Source of the DNA: Nostoc sp. | GTDB lineage: Bacteria > Cyanobacteriota > Cyanobacteriia > Cyanobacteriales > Nostocaceae | Assembly: GCA_036918135.1 (NCBI GenBank) | Contig: JBALDB010000048.1 | Span: 146,077-210,076 of the forward strand | DNA: 64,000 bases | Reading direction: 5' to 3' | Part shown: piece after piece, positions 21,283 to 31,478 of the stretch | Layout: each line of letters starts with the position of its first letter | Position numbering within the stretch: the first letter of the stretch is position 1 | The notes under the pieces: generated by a model | What the model saw: only the letters and a program-made list of their open reading frames with translations | What the model was told of the DNA's origin: nothing | Database searches by the model: none | Program-made: the position numbers and the translations under genes

Positions 21283-21573
21283 ATTCTCCTTCATCCCCCT
21301 CATCTGGTACCTTCGCTCTGCTACTAATAGCAACTCAGATTACAAATAAGCGTAAATCTAATTTTGAGTGCGTTTGACAAACTTGCTCTGATAATTCGTA
21401 ATTCATAATTAATCGTACAAGCCGATAAATTGATTGATTCAAATGTTAATGGCTGAATTTGCAATTTTGAATTCCTAGTTTGTGTAGTCTGTTTCGTAAG
21501 AGCAGGGGTTGACATTTTCCAGTCTAATAAACAATTATCTTAGTGAAACCAGATAGTTACTTTTGAGGAAACC

Positions 21574-23790
21574 ATGCACACAGTTATTCTCGTTCTGGTT
21601 GAGGTGCTGATTGTTATTGGGCTTTCACGGCTAGTAGGGCTAGGATTTCGCTCTATTAAGCAACCGCTGGTAATTGGTGAAATTGTTGCTGGGATTATGC
21701 TTGGCCCGTCTTTATTTGGTTTAGTTGCTCCCCACACAGCAGTTACTTTATTTCCCCCAGAAACTATTCCTTTTCTAAATGTTTTGTCTCAGGTGGGACT
21801 AATATTTTTCATGTTTCTGATTGGGCTAGAACTAAATCCAAAATACCTCAGCGGTCAGCTAGAAGTGGCAGTTTTAACTTCTCATGTCAGTATTTTGGTG
21901 CCTTTCTCCTTAGGAACATTACTAGCGGTGGTGCTTTATCCGCTGGTTTCCAATGCTAGTGTTTCGTTTACCGCCTTTGCCTTATTTTTGGGGGCAGCGA
22001 TGTCGATTACTGCCTTTCCAGTATTGGCACGAATCATTACTGAGAGTAATTTACAAGGAACGCGCTTAGGAACATTAGCGTTAACTTGTGCAGCAGTGGA
22101 TGATGTCACAGCTTGGTGTTTATTAGCAGTAGCGATTGCTGTAGTTCGGACTGGCAATTTTACTGGTGCAGTACCGACAATTATTATCAGCCTAGTCTAC
22201 ATCGGCGTCATGCTGACGCTAGGACGTTGGTTGCTCAAAGGGCTTGCCAAACATTACCAGCGTGCAGGACGCCTCAGCCAATTGCTGTTAGCTGGGATTT
22301 ACATGGCAGTGGTTGCATCCGCACTCATTACTGAACTGATCGGCATTCACTTAATTTTTGGGGCATTTTTACTAGGAGCAGCAATGCCCAAAAATGAAGA
22401 TTTAGTGCGTGAATTGGCAGTCAAAACCGAAGATTTTGTCCTGGTATTCTTGCTGCCAATATTTTTTGCCTACAGTGGTTTGCGGACACAGATTGGTTTG
22501 CTCAACCGCCCAGAATTATGGCTATTGTGTGCATTAGTTTTAGCAGTGGCGATCGCAGGTAAATATGTTGGCACTTATGTAGCAGCTCGTGTCAGTGGCA
22601 TTAATAAGCGGGAAGCTTCGGCACTCGGTTGGTTAATGAATACTCGCGGCTTGACCGAGTTGATAGTGCTAAATATTGGTCTGGAGTTAGGAGTAATTTC
22701 TCCTTTAGTATTTACCATGCTGGTAATTATGGCGCTGGTAACTACATTTATGACCTCACCACTGTTGGAATGGACATATCCGAAAAAGCTCATCAGGTTA
22801 GATGTTGTAGAACCACAGTCGCAACCAGAAACCGAAAAAGATTTAGGTACAGAAGATACCATTGTTCAAGATGAAACTTACACTTGTTCCTACCGGATTT
22901 TAGTGCCAGTAGCGAATCCGAATACGCAAAAAGGTTTGGTACAGTTAGCAGTAGCTATTGCTCTTAACTATCGACAACCTGCTGTTGTTCATCCCCTCAG
23001 CTTGATTGAATTTCAAGAAAACTATGCTTTTGAGAGTACCCCAGTTGAAGCAGACCGGTTAATCGCTCAGCGTCGCCAGCAGCTAGAAGAATTAATTAAT
23101 ACTCTTGAACCTCCACAAACACGTTCTTACGTGCATCCCATTGTTCGCATATCCAGCAATGTCGCACGGGAAACAGCACAGATTGCCGCCTTAGACCAAG
23201 TTAATTTAATTCTCGTCGGATGGCATCGCCCAGCTTTTAGTAGCAACCGCTTAGGGGGAAGAGTCGGCCAAATTCTTACTACTGCGCCAGTGGATGTAGC
23301 AGTGTTTGTAGACCGGGGAGGTGAGCGATTAGAAAACTTGTTAGTGCCTTATTCTGCAAATATTCACGATGATTTAGCATTAATACTTGCTTTGAGACTG
23401 CTAATCAATCATCAAACTTCTATGTTGCAGATTTTACACGTTTTACTAGAAAATCGCCTCAAAGATGAATTGAGTTACGAACTAGACATGATGATGCAGC
23501 AATTACCGAATAGTGTACGCGATCGCATAGAAATCAAACTTGTCCAAGCCCCAGATCCCATCCAAGCCGTCGTCGAAGCCTCAAAAAATGTAGACCTAAC
23601 AATTGCTGGCACCAGTCGCGCTTGGGGTATTGAGCGTCAAACCTTGGGAAGATATACAGATCAACTAGCCATCCAATGCCACTCCTCCCTGCTGATTACC
23701 CGTCGCTACAGTCAAGTCACCGCCGATCTGGCTTCCATACTTCCTGAGGTTATTAGTCAACAGCCAACAACTCAAGAGTTGAAATTATGA
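21574..23790 (+). CDS. Cation:proton antiporter (CPA2) with C-terminal USP-like domains
   Basis: EIVAGIMLGPS, ITAFPVLARI, AVDD, MNTRGLTELI; cytosolic RILVPVANP...ILVGWH. Confidence 0.9.
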   Translation: MHTVILVLVEVLIVIGLSRLVGLGFRSIKQPLVIGEIVAGIMLGPSLFGLVAPHTAVTLFPPETIPFLNVLSQVGLIFFMFLIGLELNPKYLSGQLEVAVLTSHVSILVPFSLGTLLAVVLYPLVSNASVSFTAFALFLGAAMSITAFPVLARIITESNLQGTRLGTLALTCAAVDDVTAWCLLAVAIAVVRTGNFTGAVPTIIISLVYIGVMLTLGRWLLKGLAKHYQRAGRLSQLLLAGIYMAVVASALITELIGIHLIFGAFLLGAAMPKNEDLVRELAVKTEDFVLVFLLPIFFAYSGLRTQIGLLNRPELWLLCALVLAVAIAGKYVGTYVAARVSGINKREASALGWLMNTRGLTELIVLNIGLELGVISPLVFTMLVIMALVTTFMTSPLLEWTYPKKLIRLDVVEPQSQPETEKDLGTEDTIVQDETYTCSYRILVPVANPNTQKGLVQLAVAIALNYRQPAVVHPLSLIEFQENYAFESTPVEADRLIAQRRQQLEELINTLEPPQTRSYVHPIVRISSNVARETAQIAALDQVNLILVGWHRPAFSSNRLGGRVGQILTTAPVDVAVFVDRGGERLENLLVPYSANIHDDLALILALRLLINHQTSMLQILHVLLENRLKDELSYELDMMMQQLPNSVRDRIEIKLVQAPDPIQAVVEASKNVDLTIAGTSRAWGIERQTLGRYTDQLAIQCHSSLLITRRYSQVTADLASILPEVISQQPTTQELKL

Positions 23791-24293
23791 ATCATTCCAA
23801 TTTCAAATCTTTGGCTTTTTATGGAGTAGCAATAGCTTCAGTTTTACTGTTGTTTAAAACTGTAACTGCTTATGGAGAAGACAATCTCAAAGCTCCTGCT
23901 AAGGTTAGCGATCGCTATCGTCTAACACTAGCTGAAAATTTACCCAACTGTGAAAAATCAAATACCCTAATATTAAACATTGAACAGTCGGGTATTTACT
24001 TAAATGCCTCTCTCTCACCAACAAACGCCAACGCTGACACTGACAAAAAGCATTCTCTCATCGGCATCTTAAGAAATCAACAGTTAAATTTATCTGGTAA
24101 AGTTAACAGTTCAACCCTTTGTAATATTCGTCACTCCCGAAACGAGCCTTTGAAATCAGTCACAATTCAAATGCAACTAGTTAACAGAGGTAGTACACTA
24201 GGGCAATTAACTCTTAATGGCATTCCCCAAACTCTAAAATTTACTGCTGTGCCAGAAAAAGTTCAAGAATCTCAAAAGTCTAACAGCCATTAA
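23787..24293 (+). CDS. Hypothetical membrane-anchored protein, translationally coupled to the antiporter
   Basis: ATGA overlap; N-terminal TM; two Cys; IEQSGIYLNA. Confidence 0.75.
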   Translation: MNHSNFKSLAFYGVAIASVLLLFKTVTAYGEDNLKAPAKVSDRYRLTLAENLPNCEKSNTLILNIEQSGIYLNASLSPTNANADTDKKHSLIGILRNQQLNLSGKVNSSTLCNIRHSRNEPLKSVTIQMQLVNRGSTLGQLTLNGIPQTLKFTAVPEKVQESQKSNSH

Positions 24294-24624
24294 AAGGAGA
24301 TTGGGAGTACTGAGTTAGGAGTCAGCAATTGGCAGTTGTGAGTTAGGTAGAAACGCGATTTAATCGCCTCTGTACAAGAAAGAATTAAGAGTTATTCTCC
24401 TCCATCTCCCAGTTGATGAGTTTCCACTACGCGGAAATTGAGCGAAGTCGAGATTCAACTACCGCCAAGTCAACCACATCTCCCTTATCTCCTTCATTTG
24501 TGACCAAAGCTTTCAAAGTCTTCCGCAAGGTTGCTGAATTCTGCTATAAAAAGTTAAAAGTATAATTTAATTCATAGCTTATACTAGAAATTTCTTAAAA
24601 TTCAATATTAAAGGCATAAATAGA

Positions 24625-25518
24625 ATGGCTCAGAGATTAAAGACGTGGTATTACTACTGGAGCAAACAGCTACTTAGCTTTAGTGTATTTGGTTTTTATG
24701 CAGCGATCGCCCTTGAAACTTCCACCATTGCTGCTACACCAGTGGCAAAGCTAGATAATTGGCGTTTTTCTCCGAAAACACAGCAACTCGAAATCACCCT
24801 CTCGACAGCCACAACCCCTCGTTATTTCTACCTTGCCCAACCACCTCGTCTGGTTGTAGACCTACCGAATACCAAGTTAGGCTATGTTACGACCCAACAA
24901 AATTATTCTGGAGCCATCAAAAGCATTCGTGTTTCTCAACTCAATGAAAAGGCCACGCGCATTGTTTTAGATTTAGCACCAGGAACTGTTGTAAATCCCA
25001 AACAGGTACAACTGCAACCAGTTTCCCGAAAAAACCCCACTCGCTGGGTATTACGTCCTGTTATTTCTGGTAAAAGTACTGCCGCCAAAACAGCAAACTC
25101 ACCAGCTTCACCCAAAAAAACACCTCAAAAACCGCCTACTAAACCAGTTGTAACTACTAACTCACAACCGCTGACTAAGCCACCCCTAACTACTCCTAAC
25201 TCCCAACCACTTACTAACCTACCCGTAATTACTCCTAACTCACAACCGCCTTTACTCACAGCTCCCCCTGTATCGAGTCAGCTGCCCTCAACAACTACTA
25301 ACTCAAGTCAACCTTTTGTAACTGTACCTCCCCTGACCCCCAATGCATCCTCTGAACAACCTAGTTTTACTCTCCCCCCTGCTTCTTTCCAAAATCAACC
25401 CGGTACATTGAATAGCATCCCTACTTTCGGTATGTCTGAATTTCCAGTCCCAACAGCCCCTAATGTTCCCAACCCCCAAATCATTGAGTTTGGTCAACCC
25501 CTTCCTAAAACTAAGTAG
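24625..25518 (+). CDS. AMIN domain protein with Pro/Thr-rich tail
   Basis: PPRLVVDLP, IRVSQ and TRIVLDL AMIN motifs; C-terminal IEFGQPLP. Confidence 0.85.
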   Translation: MAQRLKTWYYYWSKQLLSFSVFGFYAAIALETSTIAATPVAKLDNWRFSPKTQQLEITLSTATTPRYFYLAQPPRLVVDLPNTKLGYVTTQQNYSGAIKSIRVSQLNEKATRIVLDLAPGTVVNPKQVQLQPVSRKNPTRWVLRPVISGKSTAAKTANSPASPKKTPQKPPTKPVVTTNSQPLTKPPLTTPNSQPLTNLPVITPNSQPPLLTAPPVSSQLPSTTTNSSQPFVTVPPLTPNASSEQPSFTLPPASFQNQPGTLNSIPTFGMSEFPVPTAPNVPNPQIIEFGQPLPKTK

Positions 25519-25780
25519 AGAATCAGGAGTGAAGAGTACAAAGATAAGGGAGTAGATGAAGCAGGTAAGGGATAGCCTAAGATGAGGAAGAAAAAACTTT
25601 CAACAAACAAGGCAAAAGACACCAGGGAACAGGATTTGACTTGTTATGTTTCATTCGTAGCGGATAGTAGCACCGCTAGTGGGGCTGTTCCTAAAAAACT
25701 TGCTTTTTAGAAAATATCCTCCTGTTCAGAGTTAACCTTCAACCGTCAACCCTCAACACTCTTAATACCCCATTCCCAAT

Positions 25781-26320
25781 CTAAAATCTGTCCGTTTCCT
25801 GGGGTGTTCCAACTGCTCCTGGTTGAGCTGTGAAGAAGTTTTGAGCAGCTTCATTCTGATATATACACCTGATATCAGGTTTGTCACTATCCAAGTTCCC
25901 TGTAAAGCCAAACGTGTTCAAACGATTCTTACACTCTGTTACCTGCTCGGATGTCACCAGTTTACGTTGTTCTAAAAGTGCCCAGTTATTTTGTCGAAGC
26001 ACGCATCCAGGACGCATACTCGGCTGAGAAACATAGACATTGAAGGGGTTGAGAGTCACGAATAGTCTAGCATCCATCACCATAGCACTGGCTCCATACT
26101 GCACACAAATCTCAGGGTTCGGTGCTTTGGTGTCAATAAATTCACGGGAAGCCACATTTGATGGAGCTAACGTGGTTGTAGAACTAAAAGCAATGCCAAT
26201 TCCAATCCCCAAAATCAACACCCCTCCCATAATCGCTATGGTGAAGAGGTTAAACATCGGGGATAGGAAAGTAGAGGGTTTAGAAGTGCTAGCCGGTCTA
26301 GCAGTAGATTTACGTCTCAT
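25781..26320 (-). CDS. DUF3172 domain protein
   Basis: GIGIGIAFSS TM; CVQYGASAMV and FVTLNPF. Confidence 0.8.
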   Translation of the reverse strand: MRRKSTARPASTSKPSTFLSPMFNLFTIAIMGGVLILGIGIGIAFSSTTTLAPSNVASREFIDTKAPNPEICVQYGASAMVMDARLFVTLNPFNVYVSQPSMRPGCVLRQNNWALLEQRKLVTSEQVTECKNRLNTFGFTGNLDSDKPDIRCIYQNEAAQNFFTAQPGAVGTPQETDRF

Positions 26321-26803
26321 TGTTGCTTAATCACCTTCACGCCAATTGGGTAGGGAGTAGTCTCAAGTTCGCTCTTTCTTTCAGTATGCCTAGTCTTGAC
26401 TATAATTGCCTGGAACTTTTTGTCCAACATTCTTATAAGATGACGAAAATAGCAAATCATTTAGATGTATCAATCTAATTTTAACCTTAGTTGCTTCTGA
26501 TTTACATCTGCAACAATTAGCTAATAATATTATCTATTTTAAAAATCAGAAATTTTATTAGTTATCTTTATAGTTGTTTTCTGATTATTTACAGGTTAAA
26601 TAAATTTAATTAGCTGAGCAATGATATTAAATAATTGATTTTTTTTGATTCATAGATAGTGTGGTTTCAATAGGCTAGCCAAATGCATAAATTAGATGCA
26701 TTTCGCATTTTTTTGATTTTAAAAAATTTTTACCCCTAGTAATTAATGTATCAAACAATGTAAATTAAGCTTAAATACAATTTAAATACGTAATTACAAG
26801 CAA

Positions 26804-27631
26804 GTGAGATTTCAAAGAGCGCTACTATCGGACAAGAGGTTCAAAACTTTACAATTTAAAATGCTCCTAGCTGATAGTCTAACTATTTTTTGGGGAGATT
26901 GGCTGGATTTACGTGTAAGAGTTGTACAAGTTGCTGCATCAGGTCTAATATCTCCACTGATATATATTTTAGCTTTTGGTTTAGGTTTGGGTAGTTCCAT
27001 CAAACCCGGCTCAGCAATTAGTGGTAACTACGATAGCTATTTAGAATTCATATTACCTGGAATGGTAGCGCTGTCGTCAATGACGATTAGCTTTGGTGGG
27101 ACGACATTTTCCATTTGTGGAGACAGATTATTTAGTAAAACTTTCGAGGAATTGTTGTTAACTCCCATACATCCGTTAGCAATGCATATTGGCAAAATGT
27201 TGGCGGGAGTAGTACGGGGGCTGATGACATCCGGTTCCGTAATTTTAGTTGCGGTAGTGTTGACTGGAAACTGGAATTTTCTCAACCCGCTATTTCTACT
27301 TTTACTTGTACTCAATTGTGCTGTTTTTGCTGGTTTAGGGGTGATTGTAGGGTTGAGTGTGCGATCGCTCGAATCAGTCGGACTCTACAACAACTTTATA
27401 ATCATCCCTATGTCTTTTTTAGGAGCCACCTTCTTTGACCCTGGGACATTACCAATAGCTCTGAAAGTTCTAGTTTACGTGTTACCCCTAACCTATGCCA
27501 GCATTGGACTGCGTGCAGCTGCTCATTTACCTTTGTCGGAGTTTCCTTGGTATAGCATACCTATTTTGTTAGTAATGGCGATCGCTCTTTCTCTGTGGGG
27601 TGGTTATAAATTTGCTCGCCAACAAGATTAG
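26804..27631 (+). CDS. ABC-2 type transporter permease
   Basis: YLEFILPG, FEELLLTP, GATFF and LPLTY; start uncertain (26804 or 26861). Confidence 0.85.
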   Translation: MRFQRALLSDKRFKTLQFKMLLADSLTIFWGDWLDLRVRVVQVAASGLISPLIYILAFGLGLGSSIKPGSAISGNYDSYLEFILPGMVALSSMTISFGGTTFSICGDRLFSKTFEELLLTPIHPLAMHIGKMLAGVVRGLMTSGSVILVAVVLTGNWNFLNPLFLLLLVLNCAVFAGLGVIVGLSVRSLESVGLYNNFIIIPMSFLGATFFDPGTLPIALKVLVYVLPLTYASIGLRAAAHLPLSEFPWYSIPILLVMAIALSLWGGYKFARQQD

Positions 27632-27679
27632 ATTTAGATACACCAAGGAGATTTTATATTTAAAATTGAACATCCTATT

Positions 27680-28153
27680 ATGCTGATTCGCCGAGCTACC
27701 ACAATTGACGTATCCCAAGTTTTACCAATGGTTGCCAAAATTTGTGCTTTGCATGAGTCTTGGGATTCCGCTAAATATGGTTTTCTAAAGCATCCAGAAC
27801 AGCGCTATCAAAAATGGTTAACGCGTTTGGCAAATAACGAGCGCAGTGTATTTTTGGTAGCAGAAAATCAAGGGCAACTTGTAGGGTTTCTAGTGGCAAC
27901 AATTGAGCAAGAAATCCCAATTTATCGTTTGCAAGAATTTGCTTTTATCCATGATATTTGGGTTGAGCCAGAATATCGACAAAACGGAATTGGGCGACAA
28001 ATGGTAATGCAAACTGTTGAAAGCTTTTCTCAAATGGGCGTCAAGCAAATTCGGCTAGATACAGCAAATGCAAACGAATCTTCGCGGCGGTTGTTTGCAT
28101 CCTGCGGTTTTCGATTCAGCACTATCGAAATGTTAATTGAATTAAGTCATTAG
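27680..28153 (+). CDS. GNAT family N-acetyltransferase
   Basis: IWVEPEYRQNGIG motif A; N...LFASCGF. Confidence 0.9.
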   Translation: MLIRRATTIDVSQVLPMVAKICALHESWDSAKYGFLKHPEQRYQKWLTRLANNERSVFLVAENQGQLVGFLVATIEQEIPIYRLQEFAFIHDIWVEPEYRQNGIGRQMVMQTVESFSQMGVKQIRLDTANANESSRRLFASCGFRFSTIEMLIELSH

Positions 28154-28178
28154 TCATTCGTAAAAGACAAATGACTAA

Positions 28179-28272
28179 GCGCAAAGTCTGAGCGCCGGAA
28201 GCTGGCGCTCAGATGGCAGTTCCTTTAAGCGGGGGAACCCCGCCAACAGACTGCCTCAACTTTGTAAGAGAG
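28179..28272. mobile_element. Small hairpin element inserted in an STRR array, carrying a nested insert
   Basis: GCGCAAAGTCTG...AACTTTGTAAGAGAG; related copies at 35964-36012 and 45740-45815. Confidence 0.65.
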
Positions 28273-28288
28273 GACAAATGACAAAGGA

Positions 28289-28765
28289 CTAACTAGCTAA
28301 TAGAGTCTTTTCTAGAGAAGTCCAACGGAAAAAGCGATCGCCACCCCTCTCGATGACTACTCTCACTCGTGGTTCTAACTTAGGCAAGTTCGCTAAATAT
28401 TCAATTTCCTGATCGGAAAGAATATTCCCTTCAATAATCCACAAGACCAGCCCTTTTGACTTCGGTGATAGCTGTTCTAAGTGAGTATTGATAAGTGGTG
28501 GCGCATAGTATACATGACCTACCGCTGCACCGTTACCAGTACTTTTTTTGCCCAGATGAGGAGGTCTAACTCCATGAATTCTTGTGAGATACGCAGCTAC
28601 ATCGCCCAGTCCTCTAGCAGTAATGTGCAGCGTGGTATACCCAGCCGCACGTAATCGGCGCTGATAGCGACCTTCATAACCTCCTTCTAGAGGTACATAC
28701 ACTCCCAGAGCGCCAAATTTTTCCAGATCCCGGATTAAAGCGTTGCCAGTGGTAATTAGTGCCAT
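28289..28765 (-). CDS. ndhN: NAD(P)H-quinone oxidoreductase (NDH-1) subunit N
   Basis: MALITTG...GALGVYVPLEGGYEGRYQRRLRAAGY...HGVRPPHLGK. Confidence 0.95.
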   Translation of the reverse strand: MALITTGNALIRDLEKFGALGVYVPLEGGYEGRYQRRLRAAGYTTLHITARGLGDVAAYLTRIHGVRPPHLGKKSTGNGAAVGHVYYAPPLINTHLEQLSPKSKGLVLWIIEGNILSDQEIEYLANLPKLEPRVRVVIERGGDRFFRWTSLEKTLLAS

Positions 28766-28900
28766 AGATTTTTGTCTTATCCCACCTTAGATATCTCTAT
28801 TATTTACCGTGAATTGAGAGATAAAGCATTTATTTTGGGCATTAAGAGTGTTGAGTGTTGACGGTTAAGCTTATTTGTTTCATGTTCCTAAAAAAATTAC

Positions 28901-28929
28901 TAGACAATGATAAATAAATGATTTATATT
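28901..28929 (+). promoter_or_regulatory. Putative sigma70-type promoter of the ribosomal operon
   Basis: TAGACA - 17 nt - TATATT. Confidence 0.5.
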
Positions 28930-28935
28930 ATTAGA

Positions 28936-29649
28936 TTGTGACCAAACGCGCAAATTGGCTTGCCGAACTTATGTCATTCTGAAATAGTGTTAGCATCAAA
29001 GACTGATTAGTCAATTCAAAGGTGATAACTTAACTTAGATTGTTCATAGGCTGGTAAACTAAGAAAGCTTCAGGTTAACATTGAAGCCTATGCAGGAACA
29101 AGCTAAGCTAATCCTCAGCTTCAAACTAAGTTGACTCGTGCGCCTCTGAAAAAAGGCAAAATCTTAAACTATTGTTTAAGGTGTTTGGAAAACTAAAAAC
29201 TGAGCAGCAATGCTGGCTTAGTTAATGGATACTGGGTGGTAAAAGCCGCCTAAGTCCAACTGCAACAAGGCAGTCGCCAACCTCAGGGAAGCCGTCCTTT
29301 GGGGAGATACAAATCGAAAACCCAGCGGCAACGCTGCCTGCAAAAAGTGCCACAGCAATTGCTTGGACGAAAGCATTGCTGCACACAGATCAAAGCTGTA
29401 GCGCCTTGCATTGATTCCAAAAGTTACTCCTTCCCAAAGGGAAGAGACTTGTGGCTGTTTTGGTAATCTCGTAAGTGAAACTAAACAGATTCACCAAGCA
29501 GTACGGACACGGTTTGTTGTGTCCCAAAGTATTTGGAGGGGTTAAAGCCATTCCAAATTTCCCAGGCCGTAGCCTAGACTGACGCGTACAAAGCGTGTCC
29601 TCTAAAGTTGGATTCCAAGGTCAGTAAGTAGAAAGGAGAACCAGTTATT
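28936..29649 (+). ncRNA. Long structured 5' leader / candidate large ncRNA upstream of rplC
   Basis: ~700 nt without a credible ORF; a dozen or more consecutive stem-loops, several with GNRA-type loops. Confidence 0.55.
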
Positions 29650-30282
29650 GTGTCTGTAGGTATTCTCGGCACCAAGCTGGGCATGACCCAAGTATTTGAT
29701 GAGGCAGGAGTAGCCATTCCTGTCACCGTTATTCAAGCGGGGCCATGCACTGTTACACAAGTTAAAACAAAACAAACCGATGGTTACGCCGCCATTCAAG
29801 TTGGTTATGGCGAAGTCAAACCAAAGGCACTGAACAAACCACTGTTGGGTCACTTAGCCAAATCATCTGCCCCAGCATTGCGTCATTTAAATGAGTATCA
29901 CACCGATAGCTCTAGTGATTATGCTTTAGGTCAACAGATTAAAGCAGATATTTTTAGTGCAGGTCAAACTGTAGATGTAATTGGTACAAGTATTGGTCGC
30001 GGCTTCGCGGGTAACCAGAAGCGTAACAACTTTGGTCGGGGGCCGATGTCACACGGTTCTAAAAACCATAGAGCGCCCGGTTCTATTGGTGCTGGTACTA
30101 CACCCGGTCGTGTCTATCCAGGTAAGCGGATGGCAGGACGTTTAGGCGGTAGCCGCGTCACAATCCGCAAACTGACTGTAGTGCGAGTAGACGCAGAACG
30201 CAACTTACTGCTAATTAAAGGAGCCATTCCTGGCAAACCAGGCGCTCTAGTAAGTGTTGTACCTGCTAAGCGAGTCGGCTAG
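29650..30282 (+). CDS. rplC: 50S ribosomal protein L3
   Basis: [31 protein letters not shown] start. Confidence 0.98.
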   Translation: MSVGILGTKLGMTQVFDEAGVAIPVTVIQAGPCTVTQVKTKQTDGYAAIQVGYGEVKPKALNKPLLGHLAKSSAPALRHLNEYHTDSSSDYALGQQIKADIFSAGQTVDVIGTSIGRGFAGNQKRNNFGRGPMSHGSKNHRAPGSIGAGTTPGRVYPGKRMAGRLGGSRVTIRKLTVVRVDAERNLLLIKGAIPGKPGALVSVVPAKRVG

Positions 30283-30420
30283 TCAAAGTCATCACTCAAA
30301 AGTCATGAGTCATAAGTCATCGGTCATTAGTCATTAGTCAATTGGTTAAAGGACAAAGGACAAATGACACAGGACAAATGACAAAAGACAAAGGACAAAT
30401 GACAAAGGACAAATAACAAA
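30283..30420. repeat. Inverted STRR heptamer arrays (TTAGTCA)n/(GACAAAT, GGACAAA)n
   Basis: Tandem heptamers in opposite orientation. Confidence 0.85.
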
Positions 30421-30421
30421 C

Positions 30422-31054
30422 ATGGTTGAAAGTGTAGTTAAAAATTGGCAAGGAGAAGAAGTCGCCCAGACCAGCTTTGAGTTGCGAGTTGCTAGAGAGC
30501 AAACGGCGTCTCATATTGTACACCGTGCCTTAGTACGGCAATTGACCAACGCTCGTCAAGGAACTGCCAGTACAAAAACTCGTTCCGAAGTAAGAGGTGG
30601 CGGACGCAAACCTTGGAGACAAAAAGGTACTGGTCGCGCTCGTGCTGGGTCGATTCGTTCACCACTATGGCGCGGTGGTGGTGTAATCTTTGGACCAAAG
30701 CCCAGAGACTTCAACCTGAAAATGAACCGCAAAGAGCGGCGTTTAGCACTGCGGACAGCATTTATCGGTCGCGTTGACGATTTGATTGTGGTCGAAGAAT
30801 TTGGCGAACAGCTGTCACGCCCAAAAACCAAAGATTTAGTAGCAGCATTGGCTCGTTGGGGAGCACCTCCAGAAAATAAGACACTATTAATACTGTCAGA
30901 ATTTCCAGAAAACGTTTATTTGTCTGCCCGCAACATCGAAAATTTAAAGGTAATTGCAGCTGACCAGTTAAATGTTTACGATTTACTGCACGCTGACAAG
31001 ATTGTGCTTACAACATCAGCCTTAGAAAAAATTCAGGAGGTCTACAGTGCCTAG
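30422..31054 (+). CDS. rplD: 50S ribosomal protein L4
   Basis: [25 protein letters not shown]. Confidence 0.98.
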   Translation: MVESVVKNWQGEEVAQTSFELRVAREQTASHIVHRALVRQLTNARQGTASTKTRSEVRGGGRKPWRQKGTGRARAGSIRSPLWRGGGVIFGPKPRDFNLKMNRKERRLALRTAFIGRVDDLIVVEEFGEQLSRPKTKDLVAALARWGAPPENKTLLILSEFPENVYLSARNIENLKVIAADQLNVYDLLHADKIVLTTSALEKIQEVYSA

Positions 31055-31361
31055 CTTTGACCCCCGTGACCTTGCGGATTTAGTGCGTCGCCCAATTGTT
31101 ACCGAGAAAGCGACAATCTTAATGGAGCAGAATAAATACACCTTTGAAGTAACTCCAAAAGCGTCTAAGCCAGAAATCAAGGCTGCGATCGAAGACTTAT
31201 TTCAAGTTAAGGTTGTAAAAGTCAATACCGCAGTACCACCACGTAAAAAACGGCGTGTTGGCAAATTTGTTGGTTATAAGCCCCTATATAAGCGAGCCAT
31301 TGTCACTGTCGCACCTGGAGATGTAGACAAGATTAGACAAGTTCTATTCCCAGATGTCTAA
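31047..31361 (+). CDS. rplW: 50S ribosomal protein L23
   Basis: PIVTEKA...KPEIKAAIE...YKRAIVT. Confidence 0.97.
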   Translation: MPSFDPRDLADLVRRPIVTEKATILMEQNKYTFEVTPKASKPEIKAAIEDLFQVKVVKVNTAVPPRKKRRVGKFVGYKPLYKRAIVTVAPGDVDKIRQVLFPDV

Positions 31362-31478
31362 AAAAGTTAGGAGCTAGGAGTTACGAGTTAGGATTACCAT
31401 ACTCAAAACTCAACACTCAAAACTCAGCACTGGCTCAACGCCCTTAAGAAAGCTAACAGCACTCAGCACTCAAAAAAT

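Noticed and set aside
29138..29600. Intact group II intron starting at GTGCG
   Set aside because: No recognisable domain V/VI, no RT ORF and no interrupted gene; kept only as a structured-leader hypothesis
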